The translations under genes and the position numbers were made by a program. A stretch of DNA of 64,000 nt from Octopus vulgaris (taxonomy: Eukaryota), in the NCBI GenBank assembly GCA_951406725.2, contig OX597841.1:26350001-26414000 (forward strand), written 5' to 3'. The notes under the pieces are model-generated. The model did no database searches. It saw nothing but the letters and a program-made list of their open reading frames with translations, and was not told where the DNA came from. Positions 55,400 to 64,000 of the stretch are shown here, piece after piece (within the stretch, counting starts at the first letter, position 1; every line of letters begins with the position of its first letter).

Positions 55400-55688
55400 A
55401 TCTTTGGTTTTTACAAGGTGTTTTGTTGGTCTCTCGCTCTACTACGCTCCACTCATAATAATCAAGGGGTTGCAGTCTGGGGAGTTAGGTGGCCAGATGC
55501 TAGGGGTGATGTGGTCGCAGAACCCTTCTGACAGCCATAACTGGGTTCACCTGCTTGTGTGGCATGGTGCCGGACATAAGATTGCCAGACGTAGGGTTGC
55601 CACACCCTATGTCTGTTACCAGATACAGGGTCTTATAGCAGCCACCTTCTTGACCTAGGGCAGCACTGTCTCCCCCAGGCTCTTGGAT
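55400..55688 (-). pseudogene. maT / DD37D transposase fragment
   Basis: WPPNSPDCNPLDYYEW; homologous to 18310-18550. Confidence 0.75.
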
Positions 55689-55689
55689 T

Positions 55690-56045
55690 CACCTGGGATT
55701 ATTCTTTAGGGACTATAGCTTCATGGAAGTACGGACAAATCTCCAAATTCTCTGGAACTAGGTGAACTGTGAACTTTATTCTTCTCTCTTTATTCTCCTA
55801 TCTACTGTTCTATTCTTCTATATCCTGTGAGTTCTCTGTATCTGGGTCTTTTCTGCATGCACACCTTGTCACTGATGTCAGAATACCCAGTGTATGGGAG
55901 TACTGACCCCTTACCCGGGATATCTCAGAAACAGCTGTAAGGTATTAATTGTTCTCCATTTTTGAAGTCACGTTACTCTATCTAAATATTCTAAATGACC
56001 AGAGGTACTCGTCCTGCCCTGGTTTTGTTTTCCTTTTCCGTTAAT
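55690..56045 (+). mobile_element. possible Penelope-like terminal fragment
   Basis: Ends in (TA)n; CTGATG...GAAACAGCTGTAAGGT resembles a decayed hammerhead with palindromic stem III. Confidence 0.35.
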
Positions 56046-56068
56046 ATATATATATATACTTACCACAC

Positions 56069-56242
56069 AGGCGTAGGTGTGGCTACGTGGTAAGTAGCTT
56101 GCTTACCAACCACATGGTTCCGGGTTCAGCCCCACTGCGTGGTACCTTGGGCAAGTGTCTTCTACCATAGCCTCGGGCCGACCAAAGCCTTGTGAGTGGA
56201 TTTGGTAGACGGAAACTGAAAGAAGCTCGTCGTATATATGTA

Positions 56243-56305
<63 letters not shown>

Positions 56306-56550
56306 TACATACATACATATATATATATGTACGTGTGTGTGTATGTTTGTGTGTCTGTGTTTGTTCCCTCAGCATCGCTTGACAACTGATGCTGGTGTGT
56401 TTACGTCCCCCGTAACTTAGCGGTTCGGCAAAAGAAACCGATAGAATAAGTACTAGGTTTACTAAGAATAAGCCCTGGGGGTCGATTTGCTCGACTAAAG
56501 GCGGTGCTCCAGCATGGCCACAGTCAAATGACGGAAACAAGTAAATGAGT
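56069..56550 (+). mobile_element. SINE family A
   Basis: Full-length match to family A. Confidence 0.9.
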
Positions 56551-56715
56551 GAAATGTTATAGTATCTCTCCTCCCTCGTGGGGCTGATCACAATTGCCAC
56601 CAAGTGTTTCTTCTACCTCCTCTGGAAATAGTATATTGTTTTGATAGAATATGATATTTAATACACCCGTATTCGTCTTTGATGCTCAGATACGTTTCAA
56701 CGTATTTCATTGGAC

Positions 56716-57455
56716 TTAAATCCTTATAAATGTTTTAGCCCGAAGGCCGCGGCCATGCTGGGGCACCACCGCTGAATGAGCAACACTAGTATGTGAATCC
56801 ACCTCTGATACATGGCACTTGATCAACAAGGAAGTTCGAAGCCGCTGCCCGCATCTGCGTCTCCTGTCGTGAGGTAGGTTCATCTGGGACCCCCGACAAG
56901 AAGAGATCCAGTTTAGTTTTAAGGAAACCCACATCCACACCATGTAAGTCTCTCAGGCATTTAGGGAGGATGTTAAAGAGCTGTGGTCCTCTGAAACCCA
57001 AGCTATTGCAGTATCTGGTCCTGTATATATATATAAATCCTTTAAAATGTTTTAGCCCGAAGGCCGCGGCCATGCTGGGGCACCACCGCTGAATGAGCAA
57101 CACTAGTATGTGAATCCACCTCTGATACGTGGCACTTGATCAACAAGGAGTTCGATGCTGCTGCCCGCATCTACGTCTCCTGTCGTGAGGTAGGTTCATC
57201 TGGGACCCCCGACAAGAAGAGATCCAGTTTAGTTTTAAGGAAACCCACATCCACACCATGTAAGTCTCTCAGGCATTTAGGGAGCATGCTAAAGAGCTGT
57301 GGTCCTCTGAAACCCAAGCTGTTGCAGTATCTGGACCTGTATTTTGATGGTGATGTTGGAATCTTTGGCACCATGCAGTGGCGCCCCGTTCTGCGGTTGG
57401 AGTAACTTTGAATGCCAAAGTTTGGGACAAGACCCTCCAGGATTTTCCAGATGCG
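56716..57455 (-). mobile_element. two tandem 5'-truncated CR1-group LINE 3' ends
   Basis: IWKILEGLVPN...NSLGFRGPQLF..LPKCLR...KTKLDLFLSGVPDEP; copies 56716-57024 and 57034-57455, each with its own 3' UTR and tail. Confidence 0.88.
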
Positions 57456-57785
57456 CAACTTTTTTATTACAACTTATATATAAATATATATATGTATATA
57501 TATATATATATATATATACTTATATATATATATATATACACACATATATGCATATGTGTGTTACCGTCTAGTCATGTTCCACCCCCTCAGTTATTCTACC
57601 ATACACTGAAACACTCGTACACACACACAAACATATACTAATATATACATATATACTTATATATAGATAGTACAGATACAAACACTCACTCACAAGCACA
57701 CACACAGTATACATACATATATATATATTGTTATAAATACATATACTCACACACAATATATATATATGTGTGTATATATATATGA

Positions 57786-57825
<40 letters not shown>

Positions 57826-58832
57826 TGAGAGAGAGAGAGATACTTTTGCGTATAATATATGCATATATATAATATACGTATATATGTATATTTATGATAT
57901 ATATATATATATACATACATATATATACATATATATATATACATATCTATATATACATATCAACATCTATATATACATGTATGTGTATATATATATGTGT
58001 GCATATATATATATATATACATATATGCATACGCACACGCATATATATACTTATATGTATATACATACAAGATATATATATATATATATATACACATACG
58101 TACATGACATACACGTGCACTCACGCGCGTGCACACACTCATACACACACACAAGCACACATACTTAGCCGTATTCGCTAAGACGGTTAACTCAAGTCCG
58201 TTGACGCGTTAGACTTAAGAGGTAAATGGATAAATTAAAAAAAAAGGTGGGGGTTTGTGGGGGGTGATGTGCTCGGTTGGAGTGTCTTCCATTCTCTTTT
58301 GTGTTTGTTGTTTAACCCAATTGGCTTCTGACCAAAGTTGTTGCTAATGTGGTTGTAGTTGTTGTTGTTGGTAATCTCTTACAAAGCCGGTTAGTGCACA
58401 GACGGAGGTTTCGAGAGTAGCAACAATAACGGGCGATTATTAAGAAGCGCCTCTACGCTTGGCCACTGGACGAGCTAGAAATAACAGTTAAATCTATATC
58501 GTAGCTGAGTGTGCTATGTGCGTATGAATTTGAGGGAGTTTTGGCTGCTATTTCTGTCAGATCTGTCTTACATATAGACGTCTCTCACATTGGTTCATAC
58601 ATGCATATATACACACATAAGTCAGTAGGGTATGATTTGAGGGACGTTTGGCTGCTTTTTCTGCCAGGTCTACCCTAATATATAGAGGTTTCCCTCATTG
58701 GCTCATACATACATACATACGGAAGACAGTAGGGTGCGATTTGAGGGAGTTTTGGGTGCTATTTCTATCAGATCTGTCTTACATATACATGTCTCTCACA
58801 TTCGTTCATACATGCATATATACACACACATA

Positions 58833-59032
58833 ACTTGTTTCTGTCATTTGACTGCGGCCATGCTGGAGCACCGCCTTTAATCGAGCAACTCGACCCCCCC
58901 GGGACTTATTCCTTTTGTAAGCCCAGTACTTATTCTATCGGTCTCTTTTGCCGAACCGCTAGGTGACGGGGACGTAAACACACCAGCGTCGGTTGTCGAG
59001 CGATGTTGGATAGGACAAATACAGACACACAA

Positions 59033-59104
<72 letters not shown>

Positions 59105-59671
59105 ATATAAACGGCAGTTTGTCTGTGCGTTTTCTATGTGTCTGTTTGCTTGTACCCTCACCCTGACCACGGCTTTCAACCGATTCTGATGAAACTTGAC
59201 ACACACATAGCCCAATCGTCATAATTCAGAACTAACGCAGCGAAAATTTTGAAAAGTTCCCCCAGTTCTGAAAAAAATCGATAAATTCGACATGGGGTCG
59301 AGAATCAGAAACCCAAACCACAGACCGTCTAGGGGACGCAACTCCACCTTTTTTAACTCTCAAAAAAATTTACCATCATTTTTTTTCCATTTTTTTGCTA
59401 TTTTTTTGGCTATAACTCTCTAAAAATGCTTTATAGTTATTTCTCTTACAAACCTGAGCAACGCCGGGCGATACTGCTAGTATATATATATATATATATA
59501 CGTATATACGACGGGCTTCTTTCAGTTTCCGTCTACCAAATCCACTCACAAAGCTTTGGTCGGCCCGAGGCTATAGTAGAAAACACTTGTCCAAGGTGCC
59601 ACGCAGTGGGACTGAACCCGGAACCATGTGGTTGGTAAACAAGCTACTTACCACACTGTCACTCCTGGGCC
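58833..59671 (-). mobile_element. SINE family A with a nested Helitron
   Basis: Tail 58833-59060, head 59505-59671. Confidence 0.88.
59102..59480 (+). mobile_element. non-autonomous Helitron
   Basis: TC start; CCTGAGCAACGCCGGG hairpin; CTAG end; inside (TA)n. Confidence 0.85.
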
Positions 59672-60014
59672 TGTATGCATTTCTTAATGAATATATGCGG
59701 GAGAGGTCCAAATTGTTTCCAGGCCTTGGGGAAAGCTGCTAACTCTCCCTCAAATCATACCCTACTGACTTATGAACCAATGTGAGAGACATCTATATGT
59801 AAGACAGATCTGATAGAAATAGCAGCCAAAACTCCCTCAAATCGCACCCTACTGTCTTCCGTATGTATGTATGTATGTATGTATGTATGTATGTATGTAT
59901 GTATGTATGTATGTATGTATGAGCCAATGAGGAAAACCTCTATATATTAGGGTAGACCTGGCAGAAAAAGTAGCCAAACGTCCCTCAAATCATACCCACT
60001 GACTTATGTGTATA

Positions 60015-60442
60015 CTAGCAGCATAGCCCGGCGTTGCCCGGGTATGTAAGAGCCCCTAGTAGGCAACGACTAATCCCAATCTAGTCCTTTCCCTCTAGGG
60101 AACGAAGGCGCATGTGTAGGTTGCAATGTCTTCTCTTCACTCGAATACTTCTGTGTATACGATGTTCCTAGCTGTCCCTTTGGGCGATAAAATGGTCGAG
60201 TTGTGTCCCCTAGACAGAAAATGTGTTGCATATAAAAAGCTTAGATTCTCGACCCCATGTCGAATTTATCGATTTTTTTCAGAACTGGGGGAACGTTTCA
60301 AAATTTTCACTGCGTTAGTTTTGAATTATGACATTGGGCTATGTGTGTGTCAAGTTTCATCAGAATCGGTTGAAAGCCGTGGTCAGGGTGAGGGTACAAC
60401 CTGACAGACACACAGACAGACAAACTGCCGTTTATATATAGA
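60015..60442 (-). mobile_element. non-autonomous Helitron
   Basis: Minus strand TC...CCCGGGCAACGCCGGG...CTAG; splits a satellite unit whose empty paralogue lies at 60641-60670; no TSD. Confidence 0.85.
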
Positions 60443-60789
60443 GAGATATATGCATGTATGAACCAATATGAGAGAATCTATATGTAAGACAGATCTGATA
60501 GAAATAGCAGCCAAAACTCCCTCAAATCGCACCCTACTGTCTTCCGTATGTATGTATGTATGAGCCAATGAGGGAAACCTCTATATATTAGGGTAGACCT
60601 GGCAGAAAAAGCAGCCAAACGTCCCTCAAATCATACCCACTGACTTATGTGTGTATATATGCATGTATGAACCAATGTGAGAGACATCTATATGTAAGAC
60701 AGATCTGATCGAAATAGCAACCAAAACTCCCTCAAATCAAATAGGTGTAGGGTGTGAATTGTAGAAAAAAAAGTTGCAATAATTATGTA

Positions 60790-61036
60790 GTTGTTGGTAC
60801 ATAATTTTTGTAACTTTTTTTTCTACAATTTTTATTCAACAAAACAATAGCAACATGTAACAAAAGCTTTTTTAAATGATTATTCCGGAGGATATTCACC
60901 ATCTACTTCAATTACTGCTTCCCATTTACTTAGCAGACGGGTCAGACCGTCATTTAAAGATGTTTTTGTTATATATTGTTTTTGTAGAATAAAATTTGTT
61001 GAAAAAAATAGCCGCAATAATTATGTACCAACGCTG
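60790..61036 (-). mobile_element. short mariner deletion derivative
   Basis: Inverted GTTGGTACATAATT / AATTATGTACCAAC; encodes GLTRLLSKWEAVIEVDGEY, a mariner-type C-terminus. Confidence 0.7.
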
Positions 61037-61118
61037 TATGTATGTATGTATGTATGTATGTATGTATGTATGTATGTATGTATGTATGTATGTATGTATG
61101 TATGTATGTATGTATGTA

Positions 61119-61170
<52 letters not shown>

Positions 61171-61191
61171 TATGTATGTATGTATGTATGT

Positions 61192-61225
<34 letters not shown>

Positions 61226-62365
61226 ATATGTATGTATGTATGTATGTGTGTGTGTATGTATGTGTGTATGTGTGTGTGTATGTATGTATGTATGTGTGTA
61301 TGTGTGTGTGTATGTGTGTATGTATGTATGTATGTATGTATGTATGTGTGTATGTATGTATGTATGTATGTATGTATGTATGTATGTGTGTATGTATGTA
61401 TATATGTATGTATGTGTGTATGTATATATATATGTGTGTATATATATATATATGTGTGTGTGTCTGTGTGTATGTATGTATGTATGTATGTATGTATGTG
61501 TGTATGTATGTGTGTATGTGTGTATGTATGTATGTATGTATGTATGTGTGTGTATGTATGTATGTATGTATGTATGTATGTATGTGTGTATGTATGTATG
61601 TATGTATGTATGTATGTATGTGTGTATGTATGTATGTATGTGTGTATGTGTGTATGTTTGTATGTATGTGTGTATGTATGTATGTATGTATGTATGTATG
61701 TATGTATGTATGTATGTGTGTGTGTATGTATGTGTGTATGTGTGTGTGTATGTATGTATGTATGTATGTATGTATGTATGTATGTATGTGTGTGTGTGTA
61801 TGTATGTGTGTATGTGTGTGTGTATGTATGTATGTATGTATGTGTGTGTGTGTGTGTGTATGTGTGTGTGTATGTGTGTATGTATGTATGTATGTATGTA
61901 TGTATGTGTGTATGTATGTATGTATGTATGTATGTATGTATGTATGTATGTGTGTATGTATGTATATATGTATGTATGTGTGTATGTATATATATATGTG
62001 TGTATATATATATATATATGTGTGTGTGTCTGTGTGTATGTATGTATGTATGTATGTATGTGTGTATGTATGTATGTATGTGTGTATGTGTGTATGTATG
62101 TATGTATGTATGTGTGTATGTATGTATGTGTGTATGTATGTATGTATGTGTGTATGTGTGTATGTATGTATGTATGTATGTGTGTATGTATGTATGTGTG
62201 TATGTGTGTATGTATGTATGTTTGTGTGTATGTATGTATGTATGTATGTATGTATGTATGTATGTATGTATGTGTGTATGTGTGCATGTATGTATGTATG
62301 TATGTGTGTATGTATGTATGTGTGTATGTATGTATGTGTGTGTGTATGTGTGTGTGTATGTATGT
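61037..62365. repeat. 1.3-kb (TATG)n/(TG)n microsatellite
   Basis: Seen directly; internal block duplication near 61400-61470 and 61960-62035. Confidence 0.97.
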
Positions 62366-62711
62366 CTGTCATTTCGTTATATTTCAAGATTTCTTGAATG
62401 AACCGGTTTCTAACCTACATCCAAAGCTCCTTCATTGGAATTTCAACATCAACAGGGTATGTATGAGCCAATGAAGACCACTACATGGCTGATAGACTTA
62501 GTAGAAATAGAGCCCAAATCTCCCTCAAATCACCCCTACTGTTTTATGTATATGTATGTATGTGTGCATTTCTGAATGAGTCTGTGGGAGAGATCTACAC
62601 CGTTTTCAAATGCAATGGACCGAAAAAAGTAAGATGTCCCTCCAGCATGGCCACAGTCGAATGACTGAGACAAGTAAAAGAATAAAACAATGCAGGAATA
62701 TACGTGTATAT

Positions 62712-62880
62712 AGGCGTAGGTGTGGCTGTCTGGTAAGAAGCTTGCTTCCCAACCACATGGTTCCGGGTTCAGTCCCACTGTATGGCACCTTGGGCAAGTG
62801 TCTTCTATTATAACCTCTGACCCTCCAAAGCCTTGTGAGTGGATTTAGTAGATGGAAACTGAAAGCAGATCGTCGTATAT

Positions 62881-62949
<69 letters not shown>

Positions 62950-63143
62950 CTTTGTTTGTCACCGAACATCGCTTGACAACCGATGGTAGTGTGTTTACGT
63001 CCCAGTAACTTAGCGGTTCGGCAAAAGAGACCACCGATAGAATAAGTACTAGGCTTCTAAAAAATAAGTCCTGGGGGCGATTTGCACGACTAAAGGTGAT
63101 GCTCCAGCATGGCCACAGTCAAATGACTGAAACAAGTAAAAGA

Positions 63144-63218
<75 letters not shown>

Positions 63219-63425
63219 TGTCTGTCTGTGTTTGTCCTCCATCATCGCTTGACAACCGATTTCGGTGTCTTTACGTCCTCGTAACTTAGCGCTCCAACAT
63301 AAAGAGACCGATAGAGTAAGTAGTAGACTGACAAAGAATAATTCCTGGGGACGATTCGTTCGACTAAATGCGGCGCTCCAGCGTGACCGCAGCCAAAATG
63401 ACTGAAACATGTAAAAAAGTAAAAC
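62712..63425 (+). mobile_element. SINE family A followed by a second, diverged 3' half
   Basis: 62712-63145 full length; 63146-63425 microsatellite plus tail. Confidence 0.85.
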
Positions 63426-63758
63426 AATACACGTATATATGTGTACGTTTTTGTCTATGCATATGTGATCAGACACAAAGTGCGTGTGTGTGTGTATGTG
63501 TGTGTGTGTGTGTGTGTGTATTTCTGTTTGTCAGCTTAGTGCTAATCCCAAGCAATCTGTTAATCATTTCCTGTTTTAAAAGCCATTGATTAACTCACGT
63601 GATACTAACTTCCGTTGGACTAAACATGGCATATGCATATTTGATCATTTGCTTTTACTTACATGTATATTTATAAAAATATGTTTCTGTTCGCGTGTGT
63701 ACATGTATATATGTTTGTGTGTGTGTGTGTGTATTATATATATACATACATACATATG

Positions 63759-63794
<36 letters not shown>

Positions 63795-63921
63795 CATATG
63801 TGTATATATATACATGTATATATATATACATATGTGTATATATATATACATGTTTATATATATATATATATATGTATATATATACATATGTATATATATA
63901 TATATGTATATATATATACAT

Positions 63922-63955
<34 letters not shown>

Positions 63956-64000
63956 GTTTATATATATATATGTATGTTTGTATACATATACTGTGTGTGT

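Noticed and set aside
59184-59196. CTGATGAAAC as a hammerhead core
   Set aside because: No stem II between CTGATGA and GAAA; part of the Helitron body
60950-62474. ORFs of 445-492 aa (MYVC / HTYI repeats) and the many YIYI/CVCV ORFs
   Set aside because: Translations of (TATG)n, (TA)n and (TG)n microsatellites, which lack stop codons by composition

Overview
Eukaryotic, AT-rich, almost entirely repetitive DNA with no recognisable host protein-coding gene. Most ORFs in the track are microsatellite translation artefacts. From memory, the repeat complement resembles an octopod cephalopod (Octopus) intergenic or intronic region; this was not checked by search. It contains about five tRNA-headed SINE families, LINE fragments (CR1, RTE, R4/Dong, I-group), mariner/Tc1/maT relics, non-autonomous Helitrons, a piggyBac MITE, Penelope-like fragments, satellites and long microsatellites. 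Most notable: (1) a SINE that forms exact 184-bp head-to-tail multimers, with the same hairpin-forming junction at three loci, located in the loop of its tRNA-like stem; (2) minimal hammerhead-ribozyme motifs with non-canonical cores in short, mostly (TA)n-adjacent elements; (3) a SINE flanked by a 224-bp direct repeat; (4) an 18-bp minisatellite whose unexpanded seed survives in neighbouring paralogues; (5) a SINE/CR1 pair sharing a 3' tail with a covarying hairpin; (6) Helitrons with swapped ends. Family letters A-E are labels used only in this report. Coordinates of degenerate elements are approximate.
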